This document shows positions 25,928 through 38,707 of a stretch of DNA of 64,000 bases, piece after piece. The stretch is from Neoechinorhynchus agilis (taxonomy: Eukaryota; Animalia; Acanthocephala). The stretch is from contig CM121343.1 of NCBI GenBank assembly GCA_051530055.1, positions 1,582,389 through 1,646,388 on the forward strand, given 5' to 3'. Position numbers and translations under genes: made by a program. The notes under the pieces are model-generated. The model was not told the origin of the DNA, made no database searches, and worked only from the letters and a program-made list of their open reading frames with translations. Positions within the stretch are counted from its first letter, which is position 1. Each line of letters opens with the position of its first letter.

Positions 25928-26016
25928 TTTCTGATCTTTCGCCGTTTTATGGCTTCTTCAGGAATTGTTTGTAAGTTTTCTCGTGAGGAAGCCATAAAAC
26001 GGCGAAGGATCAGAAA
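25928..26016. repeat. 33-bp inverted repeat made of two opposed hammerhead-like pLTR motifs
   Basis: Minus strand CTGAAGA-A-GCC-ATAAAAC-GGC-GAAA at 25937-25961. The + strand copy has core substitutions. Confidence 0.55.
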
Positions 26017-26939
26017 GATTTTCTCTATCATTTTTGGAAAACTTGATCAGTCTTACGGTTGGGAAATCAAGTAGAGTTTAACAAGATTTTGTTATAGTAA
26101 CACGTAAAAATGATCAGAGCATGCGACTGGATGTTCCAAGAAAAAATTGTTCATATCTATTTGTATTTTTTGTGATGAGAAGAATAGAGATTGATTTATT
26201 AATTCCGTAACATAAATCAGTCTCTATTTTTGTCTCATCACAAAAAAATGCATAATTTAAGAAATAGGAAATATATAGACTCCAGCATCTTTTGCTCGCT
26301 AGCTCTTGTCAATTCTTCGTTCAAAATCGAGAAAAAACATTGGACATTTACAACCTTTCAAATAGCACACTTTCGGATTATCTCATCGATTACCTAATTT
26401 TAACATAAAAACCACTAAGAAAGATGCTAGTAGCTTTGTTTATTGATTCTATAAAATCCAACTCCGATTCCCCGTCGTGGCACCTTGGAAAAGCTAAAGT
26501 ATGGGACTACCTAGTAGAGGCCCATCGCTACTAGGGTTGCCGGACAGCTCTGTTTGGAACTCTGAACATTAATGGGAAAAGGGGAGCCACTAGTAGAAGT
26601 TCCCAAATGTGATCCGGAATCAGTGGAGGTCACAAACCGGCGGACCCCGATAGACCATCGTCTCAACTTTCAGTTTTGCCATAGATCATGTGGATTTCCA
26701 ATGTTCGTTTTATGATGGAAAGCAATACACTCAGGAACCCATCAAGAATTTTTCAAAAATCGGCATAGCCAAAGACGAAACATGCGACCTTCCATTCGAC
26801 AGTGTTTCAATTGTCATTTTATTTAAGCAATTTATGCGATTAAGAACAAATGTTTAATAATGGCCAATATTTCGGAGTTTTACTTCTTCAGGGTTCAACA
26901 AAACACACAATGTCGATATGTGAGGGACCGGGGAATGTG

Positions 26940-27890
26940 ATTGGAATTATTGTTTAGGTCTACACCCGGTAAATGATTATTTATTAAAGACGTTTCGAAC
27001 CTCGTCAGGTTCACCATCAGTTCTAAAATATAAGTGGATGGGTAATCATTTCGCTCTCACACGCGCTTATGGTTGATTATGTTGTTTCATTTCGGTTAGC
27101 TGTGAAGACAGACACGTGAATCAATACTGTTGACGGTGAAAGGGTTTAATAATTGTGAAGGTATTTGAGTCGGTTAAATATTGACCGTGCGTTCTACTTT
27201 CGAGTAGATGATGAGTTATGTAAGATGAGGAGAGTACACGTTGTTGCATCATACTTTTATTAGTTATTCGAGATTCGTCGCTGATTCCAATGACACCTTT
27301 TGTCTGATATCTTCTTTGTCAGCGCATAGTGGATGCCTAAGTTCAAAACGTCCTTTTGCTCACAGGTAAACGACCTCTTCGTTTTATTAATGAAGCCATT
27401 CGGTATTGTCTCCTTCCTTTCTGCTCGACGAAGCCAATCTCTGTATGATATGTCCTTGATTTTTCTGATTTTACGATCCAAACATTTAACTTTCGCCACA
27501 AGCTTTTTCCTTGCGGTATCTTTTCATCGAATGATTAGCTAACTGAACTGTTTGTCATTGATCATTTGCCTAATTTCTTGTATGCTCATAATCGCCGCCG
27601 TTTGCATTTTTTTCAATTTGACAGTATCTGTACCTGATTTCCGATGTGAGTGTGTCCCGTCTGTATTGAGCTGTGCCTCTATACTTCATTGTTTTAAATG
27701 CGGAACCAGATTGATTACATTCCTTGAGAAATTGTAAATCAACCTTGTAAAGCATGATGCACGTGATATTCCCTTCCACTTGTTTGATTGTTTGAGTCAG
27801 AACAAGGTAACTGAAGAAAATCCACCATCTATCGACAGAAATTAAGATCATTTTAATAGGCAAAAAGGCATATTTTGTTCTTAATGCCAT
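26940..27890 (-). mobile_element. Internally deleted Penelope-like element (N-terminal ORF remnant + pLTR with hammerhead motif)
   Basis: LQFLKECNQSG and FINKTKRSFTCEQKDVLNLGIHYA resemble the PLE N-terminus. The pLTR 26940-27130 matches 41660-41830. Confidence 0.65.
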
Positions 27891-28360
27891 ATATCATTGT
27901 CCTCGGGGTAAATTTGATTGTACGTTGGCGAATCCTTTCCCCGGTGTTATCGACACTCATTTATTTGTGAAATATTTCGCACGGTTTTCGTCGCCTCTTC
28001 ATTTTCTATTGCTTGTAAGTTCTTAAAACTTAGAGGCAAGGAAAATCTTGCGAAATATTTCCCGAATAAATTAATGAGTATCGACAACACCGGGGACAGG
28101 ATTCGCCAACGTACAATATTTTGTTGTATTTCAGCGAATCTAGGCCGATTCTTCCGGAATTGAAAGTCCAATATGAAAGTCGTTTTGTTCATCAGTATTC
28201 CTTCATTACTGGCAGGTAAGCGCATAAAATCGTTCATTTTTTCCGCTGGCATGCATTGTGAAGTGCGATGGTTCGTTGTCGACGAAAATATCCGTCTAAT
28301 GCTCTGAATAGGCACTGATTGCAGTTTGTGAGCCACGTATCGTATACTTTTTAGATAGAA

Positions 28361-30569
28361 ATGCATTGTGAACCGGGTGCTGTACCCACTTTTGCCCCAC
28401 CAGGACGAGTGCTCGCCGAACCAACCTTTCCCATTGCGCCAAACAGTTCTTATTTCTCGTACGGTAACGCGAACTCCGGAATGATGCTCAATTTGCAATC
28501 CGCTAGGCCGAAAACTGAATTTACCGACGATGTGAAACTGAAAGCATCAATGCCACAATTGGACGAAGAAATTATAAACAAATTCGATCGAGGGAAGCAA
28601 TACGCGAAGCTAATAACGTGCGATAGAATGCTTTCCTCTTTTCTGAGAAAAAAATCAATGGAACACGAGGCGATGTTATTTAATCCTCCAAAATACAAGC
28701 TTAAACTTAGACTTTTCGTGACAAGTCAATTCTTCCCAAATGGAATTCTTGATTACGCCCCACCGTGCAATGGGAATACGGCACTGGTCATGGGCCAGGA
28801 ATTCGATAAGCGGTTGCCGGGATGGGAAATAAGAGTCGAAGGAAAGCTTTTGAATAGAAGTGGACAAGTCCTCCACTGTATGGAGCGGAAATTCTCCTCT
28901 TTATGTAAAGCAGTGGTAGTTGAACTTGATCGTGATATGTATGGACCGGATAACCACATTCTGGAATGGAAACAAAGTTCCCGGAAAGATCTCGTTGATG
29001 GTTTCAGGGTACGGCGACCTGGCGACCGCGGTTTCAACTTTACGACGTAAATGCCAAGGGTTCTCATTCGCGTCAAGCGTGGGCGATCAACGTAAAATAT
29101 TTTTTATTTTTTGCCAAAGTACCACAGACTACAAGGCTATTCGCTAAACCCCGATTGATTCATTGATTGACTTTAGATCTCTCAGTTCGTCCGGCAGAGT
29201 GTAAAACGATACGCACACCCAATCATTGAGCGTGTAGACCACAAATTAAATTACGTGATGAACTAAACGAAATGACTTGGCAGTATATCAAAGGTCTACG
29301 ACCGTTACTTATTGGATTTAGGTATCTTCACTGGTGAGCACCGTAAATCTCGAATCACTAAACCTATTCTAAAGAACATTAATTCGTTTTAATGATCGTT
29401 CCGTGAACAAAACACAAACTCCTCCGAATCGCCGATTATCGGTTGCATTTATGACTTTTTGTATTGTAAGGAAACATTTACTATGATTATGGCAAGGTTT
29501 TTGTGGACAGTGTCGAACTCTGTTGTCAATCAGATTTTTTTACTTTGATTAGGGCAACGCTTTCGTGGACAGTGTCGAACTCTGTTGTCAATCAGATTTT
29601 TTTGATTTAACGATTGAAACGAAGCGTTTGTCAAATTAAATATTGTTTGAATAGATCACCGTTTCAACGGACAAAAACGACGCGTTTTGAAAACTGTTGG
29701 TCAACATCACTATAAATTATCCAACTCCAATCTACAAGGTAGATCAAAGGCTAGGGCAGTTTTTGGGACTTCCGGCATTTGATTCCGACAATCGCGTCCA
29801 AAGATTATATTCAAAGGATGATGTTATCCAAGCTCTATGGACTTATGTGAAGCAGAACAAGTTATTTGACGGCACTCAGCCGGAGTTAATTCGATGCGAT
29901 CAAAATCTTTCGATGGTTTTCGACTCTCCCGACAAGCGCATCAAAGTGTGCGAAATGGCAGGTCGTGTTCAACGATACATGTATCCACCCGACCCGGTGG
30001 TAATACGTCAAACCGCACGAGTCAATACCGAGTACCAAACTACTTCTCATATGGACGGTCCACCTTCTTATCCTGCTCTACAGAATCTGACAATTGATAA
30101 TCAAACGTGCGGAGGTGTAACTGTGTCCGTGCGAGACGTAGAAATGGAGTTTGATGACATTATTCAAAACGTTTATCAACGAAACAGTTCACGGCGAAAG
30201 GAATGTAAGAGGATTATCGACAGTATGGATATTGACATTGTGAAGAATATTGAAACTTTAAATGATTTGGCTGAGAAAATAAAATTCTACGGGCAACTAG
30301 TGCACGACCCCCAAAAAGTATTCACTGGTTGGCTAGAATCCCAAACTGATGATTTGAAATGTCTGAGAAAACTCGGATGCCTGCCTTTGTCCTCTGTGAT
30401 TCCTGGATTGGATTTGGCACTATGTGATGCCTATTCTAATTCGTGCTTTTGTGACGAAAGGCGCCAAGCTTGGATTCAGGAGGCGATTACACGATATATG
30501 CAAAACGTGATGGAAAAGCGAAAGCAGGAGACTGAGGAGGCAGCTGCGAGTTACACAATTAACGAATAG
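28361..30569 (+). CDS. SMARCD1: SWI/SNF subunit BAF60 (SMARCD), SWIB domain
   Basis: RKFSSLCKAVVVELDRDMYGPDNHILEW...DGFRVRRPGD, then NYPTPIYKVDQRL and SWIB VIQALWTYVKQNKL...IRCDQNL...YPPDPVVI. 5' exons uncertain; the junction at 29046/29697 is anomalous. Confidence 0.92.
29503..29602. repeat. 38-bp direct duplication inside the SMARCD intron
   Basis: GTGGACAGTGTCGAACTCTGTTGTCAATCAGATTTTTT at 29503-29540 and 29565-29602. Confidence 0.9.
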
Positions 30570-30879
30570 ATAACGATTTCAGACGGGCTGTAAGATTATT
30601 GTTCTAATCTTATATCCATAAAAAGGTTTTGATGTCGCCAAAACGAACAGTATGCGGTATTTCACCTGTTAAGTGTTAATATTCGGTTCTGGTCGATGTG
30701 TTATAGATTTATGGCGTCCTAAAAAGAATTCCAATCATCCAATTCATTCAAATATCCCCATAGTCTTAGTGAGCTGACCAAAAAGTTGTTTTCTTCAATT
30801 ACTACCTAATCTTGAATTGTAACGGGATTTCTTTATTTTTTTCGACACAAAAACCGCTCTGCCGTATGCAGCGTTCGTC

Positions 30880-31020
30880 CGTTGCACGAAATGCTCCTGA
30901 TCTCGGATCGCCAGTGATTCGTTTCAATCTCTTAGACGAGTGCTTGACCAGGTCCTGCACCGCGGTACCAAACAACCCGAGTGTTTTCCAGATTCCTATA
31001 TTTCGTCTTTTTGCCATATC
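30880..31020 (-). mobile_element. CRE-like RLE 3' fragment
   Basis: IGIWKTLGLFGTAVQDLVKHSSKRLKRITGDPRSGAF. Confidence 0.75.
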
Positions 31021-31769
31021 GGTTTATCCCCGGCGAATTTCATGTTACTGGCTACGAATGGCCTACAGAACAAACATTGTTCTTAAACAATTCCAATTCA
31101 AAATGCGGCTAAACTTGCTAGAAAAAGAGACTATTTTCTCCGTGAACGTTTCAACCGATGTCGTAATTTCATAACTTTACGAATGAGCTGCTTTCTTGAA
31201 AACACAATTTCAAGTTGTGAAATCAACTGAAAATCTAGGTCCCATAGGATGCTGAAACTAGAGAAAATGTGCGTACGACAGAGTATCTCTAAAGAACGTA
31301 AAAAGCAATCGACTTTATAAGAATCCAAATCTTCGGTATATGCTCAACATTAGAAGAAACTTAGTTTTTATGCGGGGTATATTCGGGGGTTACAGAAGCT
31401 TTTCGGGTCAAGTTAAAGTTCTATTTTGTCTCTTTCACCCTTTTACGATGCTATGAAAGCTAAAATGAATGTTGGAGACGTGGTAATCATAATCACGGAT
31501 AAAACATATTTCGATCCGTTCTTTTTTCTTAGTTTTGCTACCCCGGATTTAAATTATCTAATTTATTTCCCCGGTATTTCATTTGTCGGATAATTCCGAC
31601 ATTTTCTCAAGGTTTGTCATTGTTAATTATTAAAAGATTCTAAAAATGACAAATCTTTGGAAAATGTCAGAATTATCCGACGTGAAATATCGGGGAAATA
31701 AATTCGTCAGTTTAAATCCGAGTTGATAAAACTTACGCTGAGCTGAAGGAGAGCTTCCATTTCGTGCCT

Positions 31770-31930
31770 TTCGGGATCGAAACGTTTGGGCCCTCGAAGA
31801 ATCCACCCTTCGGCTGGTTTCAGATATAGCAAAGAGGTCGATGGCGATGAAAAGGGACCCGCGTGCGACAGCATTCCTTAAACAAAACATCTCCCTCGCA
31901 GTACAACGAGGGAGTGCTGCCAGCGGGAGA
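31770..31930 (+). mobile_element. CRE-like RLE 3' fragment
   Basis: ETFG / LRLVSDIAKRSMAMKRDPRATAFLKQNISLAVQRGSAAS. Confidence 0.75.
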
Positions 31931-32459
31931 AAAACTGCGGCTCCACAGAACATTATCCTCCCAAACTTGTAAATTTTAATAAATTTTAGTACCCATGAAA
32001 AAGAATGAAAAAAGTATTGTTTCCTCCGAAGACAATAATCTAATATATTTGTTTTTTGACGTAGAAAAATTAAAATAAGTTTATTTATTAAATCCGATAT
32101 TTCGGAACCGTAATTTTATACGCATTCATCAAGGTTGCTTGTAAGTTTTTAGATGTGGGGCACGAACTTACACATTTAAAAGCTTCCAAGCACGTACAAT
32201 ATTGTTGTAGCTCGCCGAAATCAATCGGATTCAATAAAATCATCATTTAATTTTTCTACGCCATAAAACAATCAATATGAACATTTTAATCTTCAAACGA
32301 TCTAACATATTTCGATCCAAACATTTTAAATATTCAGTGCAGTGTCGATAGTGTTTACATTTCTTCCGTGTAGAACGAACAAGTAAATAATCCAAAGTCC
32401 ATGCTCTTGATTTAAAATCATAACTTGTGCGATTTTTGAATTTTAGATTTATTGACGGG

Positions 32460-33794
32460 ATGGGTTATGACGTCAATCGCTTCGAAGGTCCTATAGATGA
32501 GGAACTAATCTGCCCTATTTGCAGTGGCGTACTGGAGAATCCGACCCAGGTTCGAAGAAGGATTTTAGAGGGGAAATTGATTAGTCATTTCTCTTAGGTC
32601 CCTGCTTGCGAGCATGCCTTTTGTCGCGATTGTATTTGTCAGTGGCTATCTACCGATACCCGTTGCCCGCTTGACCGCAAAATCGTATCGGTATCTTGTT
32701 TGAAACCGGTTCCACGGATTCTGCGAAATTTGTTAAACAAGTTGGAGATTCATTGCGACAATGTGGATCACGGTTGCGATCAAGTTATGAGACTTGAATT
32801 ATTGAGCGATCATTTGGAGATTTGTCAATATAATCCAAAAAGACCTATTAGATGTGATACTTGCGGATTAGTTGTGCCTCAAGATGAAATGGAGGTAAGT
32901 ATGACTTAACAAATGAATTAAAATACAATCACCGAAAAAAGGAGCACTCGTGTGTCCGCGAACTCCGTCGGTTGTACGATGAAAGTCTTGAAAGGATCTG
33001 CAATTTGGAAAATACTGTTCAAGCTATGAGAGCTGAATTTTCACCTTTTACACGACCTACAGCTTCGATATCCTCTGAGTTTGGAACACCCCATCCTCGA
33101 ATACAGAGTAAGTTCTTGTATTTCTCGCAGTGTGTTTTCAATCATTTGGATGTATTAAGTGGTTGCTGGAATCAACGCCATTCCAACGCCACCCACAGTC
33201 CCGCCACCGCCAACTCCCCGCCATTTCCCCCCTATGATTATGCCACTTGGCCGATCTGGGAGTCATATTGAGAACGATGTAGTCTCTAATCCTCAAAATA
33301 TCAGTAACAATATCAGTAGACAAGTGGGTTCTAATGAGGTAGCCGTAGCCCCGATCCATACCTCTATGCCACCACCAACGCCTTCTTCACCTTCCAACAA
33401 CAATACACAATCAACCAATCAGATTGGAATCACCGATGAACTAATTCGATGGATAAACAGTTTGCAAGTTGCACGTGTTACGAGATGGGGAGGAATGATC
33501 AGTACTCCCGATATGGTCCTTCAAGGTATTATCCGACGAGCATTGGTAGAAAGTGGCTGCCCTCTTCGCATACTTAATCAGCTCATGATTAATGCTCACG
33601 AAAGGTCATGGCCAGTTGGACTTCAAAATCTAGAGACTAGGCAGATTAATCGAATGTACTATGAAAGCTATATCCCCAGAAGGATTCCAGGACGTCAAGC
33701 TGTCGTTGTCATGGCTGCCGATAATAGACATATGGACGCAGAAATGATCTGCGAACCCGGCATAGTCATGATTTTTGCTCATGGAGTTCAATAA
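32460..33794 (+). CDS. RNF41: E3 ubiquitin ligase NRDP1
   Basis: MGYDVNRFEGPIDEELICPICSGVLE, RING CEHAFC...CPLDR, a TRAF-type zinc finger, and the C-terminal ARVTRWGGMISTPD...NAHERSWP.GL..LETRQ.NR...EPG.VMIFAHGV. Three short introns. Confidence 0.97.
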
Positions 33795-35669
33795 TTGCAT
33801 CCTTTCATAGATATTAATTTAAAACTTCATAAAAAAGAATCAAGAACGTATGGGATACATCTAGGCATTTGCGTTCATGGTTGTGCTTCTCTTTACTCAC
33901 GCTGATTATTCTTGCTGCTTGATCACGGAAATATCGCTTATTTTTCGATAGGCGAGTTTACTTTCTTTTGGTAGTTTTACCACTCCCGGGTTTAAATTCA
34001 CTGATTAATTTCCCCGATATTTGCTCAAAGTTTGTCATTGTTTGCAGAGGGAAATACAACAAAGCTTTATTTTATGTATTCATCGGTTACAAACAGTCAA
34101 ATTTTATTCTATCAATGACTAAATCTAAATTAGCATTTGTGCAAAGAACGGTACAGTCCCTAGATAACCGAGAAAAGATTGAACCTTGCGAATTCCGAAA
34201 AAATGATAATCGTTGTATTTGGTTTTTAACAAGACATTTTAATGACAAATTTGTCTTCTGTAAAAGTGAGATACTTCAAGTAAAAATGTGACTCAATCTT
34301 TTAAAATGTAATTGAAATTGATGTTGTAAATTAGCTCCACACCAAACATAATCACCGTTCTCCAATGAGCGAGTATGGTTTCTAAATCCCCGTTTTTAAT
34401 TAATTGTTTACGTAAAATAGAATGCCAAATGATTTATAAGTAGTTTAAAGAAAAATGTTTGAACATTGTCCATCACTCCATGCATCGCAAGTAGACGAAA
34501 CAATAAAATTTAATTTAGCTTTAGTAGATATTATTCTTCGATTCATTGATGACTATCGATATCTTCAAACTTGGCAAATTGTATAAAATTATAATAATGC
34601 ACATAAATAACGATACGAAGTTTTAGCATTTAATTCCTTAAAAGAAGGATCCAGCGCATGAGAATTAGTTTATAAAAAGCAATTAAAGAAACCACGGATC
34701 CTAAGATGGAAACTTATTTGCAAAAATCAATAAATCCTCTATTAACATCTCGATTCCGATCAAAAAGAGTTGATTTTCAGGACGCCCAGTCGTGTCTGTT
34801 GTGCTCTACCTGATCAGCGATAGACAACCGCAATTTTGATAATATTAATCTTGAAACATCACTTCTTTGTTCGTTAGTGTTTTCCTTTGATTCATTAGTA
34901 AGCAAATTTTATATCCGGCCTGAAGACCGTGATTTATATGCCATCCGTAGCCCACAAAATTTATAGTAATCTGTTCCATGCTAACGACCGTAGTCAAATT
35001 GCTACCGCTGTGTGGATAACGGCAGATTCAATTAATTTAAAGAAATTTCATAATATTTGGATTTAAATTGTTTTTTAGCCTTGAACGCAGTCCTTAATCT
35101 TAGTATTCTGGAAGGGTCAAGGTTTCATGGGCATAAAAGACGCTTGTAATTATTTCATTGTAATTTAATTTCTCTTCGCACATATTTCGAAATGTTAGGT
35201 GTAGATATATCGAAACGGTGAACGTTCAATTGAAGTTCGATAAAATGCTATAAGTTGATCGCAGAGATGTTTAATGCGTACTCGTTTGGCCATAATAGCT
35301 ATACAGTGATTTTATACTGAAAGTGAGAATCACTTTCAATTCTAAACCTTCCCACAATTACAATATGAGGGTTCCTCATCTGAGTCATTAAGTCATTCAT
35401 GAATTTCAGCACAACCAAGACGATTTCGGATGGATGTAGCATCTTACTAAGCGATTTGCGGAGCACTCATTTGTTGTTTCTTATCGAGAAAAGGTTAGAG
35501 TTGTGTAGCAGAGCAAATTATACGTGTGAAATTTTAATCTTAACTGTTTTAAATTTGCTTCTCTCATTACCCTTATTTACCAACTATCCGTCTGAGGGTG
35601 TCTTACGCCTTCCTTATAATCGACAATGAGAGTCAAACATTCTCCGAGCAATAACTCATGTGCACCTCC

Positions 35670-36040
35670 AGGAGGCGGGACTCGCCTAACGTCCTCGAGC
35701 CGGACAATCGTTGCCGACTCGATGGCTGTAGATCGGACCGTGCCACGGTATTCTCTTCGCGAGAAGACAAATACCACCAGCATCGTAAAATTCGCCGCAG
35801 TTAAACCGGAAGAGCAGCGACAACCGCTGATGATGGCAAAAATACAAAATACAGGAACCTGGATTGAAATCAGTATTTCGTTATTTTTGGCGTCGAGATA
35901 CTCGGGTTCTTTGGTGCCGCGGTGCAGGACCTGGTCAAGCAATTGTCTAAGAGATTGAGACGAATCACTAGCGGCCCGAGATCAGGAGCATTCCTCCTGC
36001 AATCCGTCCTTTCGACCATTACACGAGGACGGCAGCTGAG
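35670..36040 (+). mobile_element. Degenerate CRE-like RLE domain fragment
   Basis: VLEPD...FGVEILGFFGAAVQDLVKQLSKRLRRITSGPRSGAFL. Confidence 0.7.
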
Positions 36041-36699
36041 TTATCGAGTGTGGTGGTGTGAATGTTTATAAACTTTTTTTGTTGATTAAACTTGCGTTCT
36101 TGAAAAAGATACTCATAGAGTAGCGGTCCGTAAAGCTTTGGCGTCACTGTAAGGGACGCATATTGATGAAAGAGAGAATGTATCTACCTGTAGCTTACAA
36201 CAAAAGACGAATTCGCTTAGATCTTATTTAGAATTATTATTTGGACTTTTATTAATTCGTATGCATGAAAATTGAGATCTAAGCATTGCAAACTTAATCG
36301 ATGCATCCATTTTTATTACAATAAATCACTACATTAAGCTAAAATTAAAGCACACGTTGGATTTAACAATTTCTATGGAGAAACTGAGACAAATTTCTAT
36401 TCCGAATTCTTTAAAATCAGTAAAATGGATGTAATTAATTATAAATAAAACATAATTGAAATTCATTTATAGCCTATTTATTGAAACCGAATTTAGAGAT
36501 CGGTTGGGGGGTTTAACTTTATGTTTTAACCGAATACTAAAAATACGTTGACAAGCTAGGATTTAAACAATTCTTAGGTTCTATAAACCAAAATTGCACA
36601 AGAATGTAAACATTACATTGTGTTTGTTTCTTTTAATTAAACTGGAAATAAAATTTAAATTTAAAAAAGTTGGTCTGGACTATACACAAACTAGTCCAA

Positions 36700-37225
36700 A
36701 AATTCGAACCTTTAGAGTCAAAATGGGTACTAAAGCGCTTGCTTCGAAAATATGTTTTTATGATTATTACCTCTCTCATTGTCTTGCCTTCATGTTCCGT
36801 TGAAGTGCACTTATATATTACACTTGTCTTTTATCTGTGCTGTTTAATTCGTTCCTCTAACCTGCAAGTAGTGTGGCCGACGTAAGATTTGTTATAGGCA
36901 TCCATTGGGCAGTTGAAGCGGTAAACCGCATTGAGGGTTTCGATGATCGTTCTCCTTTCCCTTATAAAGCAGGGTTTAAACGCTTTTGTCGTGTAGTAGC
37001 ATCTCGATTCGATCCCTTTTGTCATTTCATTTGGTTTGTACATGTTAATTAGTTGTTTTTGGAAACAGTGTTGACCCAGGCTGAGGTTTATCGGATGGGC
37101 CCTTTTTGTAATAGAAGGGTTGCTCTCGTGGTCGCTTCGTCGATAACTTTCTGTGAGTAAGATGGGTACGCTATACAGTTCGAACTCATCCTCAAACGCT
37201 GAAGTGTTAGTTTGGATTAGCAAAA
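36700..37225 (-). mobile_element. Penelope-like GIY-YIG fragment
   Basis: AVYRFNCP...SYVGHTTCRLEERIKQHR. Confidence 0.8.
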
Positions 37226-37916
37226 GGGAACATAACGCACATTGATTTATTTAATCCTTATATTTTTACTATAAAAACTGAACGGCTAAGACTGACGGTG
37301 TCACTTTTATCACAGATCGTCATAAAAGAAGATACGTTTTTGATTATTGACTGGTATGATAGTGCATTAATTAAAAATTGATTCCTTAAAATTTTTTAAA
37401 TTCATACTTGACGAAAATTAAACAGGGTGCTTAATTATTTACTTTCTTTAATACCAATAAAATATTTTAGAAACAATGCAGCATCGAAATACTGAAAGCG
37501 TACAATTGAAAGGGAAAATGGGAACATTTTTGTGATTTTATTTACCACCACATCAATTCCATGGCATAATTTTTATGAATTTTTCACTTCCATGTTTTTA
37601 TTTACTGGTACGATTAGCGTTGAAAACTTTTATGTTCACTTAAGTCTCGTCGGAAATAATCAGTGAACCGATATCGGAAGGCAATTTCAATCTCAGTACA
37701 GAATCTGATTGCTATCAAGTCAATGATCTAATTCCTTCATTTATTATACAACAACATCGATCGACAATAATGCTGAATGCTTTTTGTTGTGACGCTTTAA
37801 GCATTTGAATGTTTGTTCAACTGAAAGATGCCAACATTTAAATTCGTCAATTAAATATTCGTTGCTAAGAGACGACATTAAAGTTTTCTTTGAGGTATCG
37901 ACGAGGCAAAATGAAA

Positions 37917-38096
37917 ATGTCCGCAGTTACAAAATTCACTGTAATATCGATTATTGTTATTGTACTCTTCTTCGTCACGTATTTCTCACTCATAATTATA
38001 TATGGACTAAAATATAACAAAAAGCTATCCAATGAGTTCAAGCCTTTTAAAACAGAGGATTTGACTGAAACGACAATAGATTATGGATTGTTCTGA
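37917..38096 (+). CDS. Candidate small single-pass membrane protein, tandem copy 1
   Basis: 59-aa ORF with hydrophobic FTVISIIVIVLFFVTYFSLIIIYGL. Flanks are homologous to copy 2. Confidence 0.35.
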   Translation: MSAVTKFTVISIIVIVLFFVTYFSLIIIYGLKYNKKLSNEFKPFKTEDLTETTIDYGLF

Positions 38097-38707
38097 AAAG
38101 AGCATTTCCGAATAAATGAATTGCTGAGCTTTTGGTTAAACTAAAAAAACGGTTTTGACGTGAATTCACTTTATATGAATAATCGAACGGCATGAATCAG
38201 AATTTTATTCTAGCTTTCACAATTATACTGAAATTATTTCGCCTCTAAACTGTCATGCAATCAAGTAATAAATATTCAAACGCTAATCAATGCTGTCGGC
38301 TTATCTTAAGATTTACTTCGGTCATTTACTCGGAAAATTCCCCTCCATAATAAGCTTACATAACAAATATTTTGTTTATATGTTTTTATCGCTTGTTTTT
38401 ACTCGGAGATGGAATATTCTTTTAAATATATTAATATTTTACACTCAGTTGTTTAAAATGACATATTTGTCCCAAGTGAGAGATCGAGTTCAATACCTTT
38501 TTCACAAACTCACTTTCGTGCTTAACTATAAATAAACGAAAAATTTGTTAATTAAAAATTCACAGGTTTTCTAGAATGCACACGATTTGAATTCAAAGCA
38601 TCGAACACAAAATTCGATAAATTTTCTGCTTATCTCTGATTAAAATACTCGAGTATCATAGAAATAATTTCAAATAAGAAAGCACGCTTGTCTTTTATAA
38701 ATAACAT

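Noticed and set aside
27947-28498. 183-aa minus-strand ORF
   Set aside because: Antisense to the SMARCD 5' region with no recognisable motif; likely a shadow ORF.
34300-35620. Possible minus-strand gene with a DEEPSYCNCGK (PHD-like) exon
   Set aside because: No phase-consistent exon chain or the remaining PHD ligands could be found.
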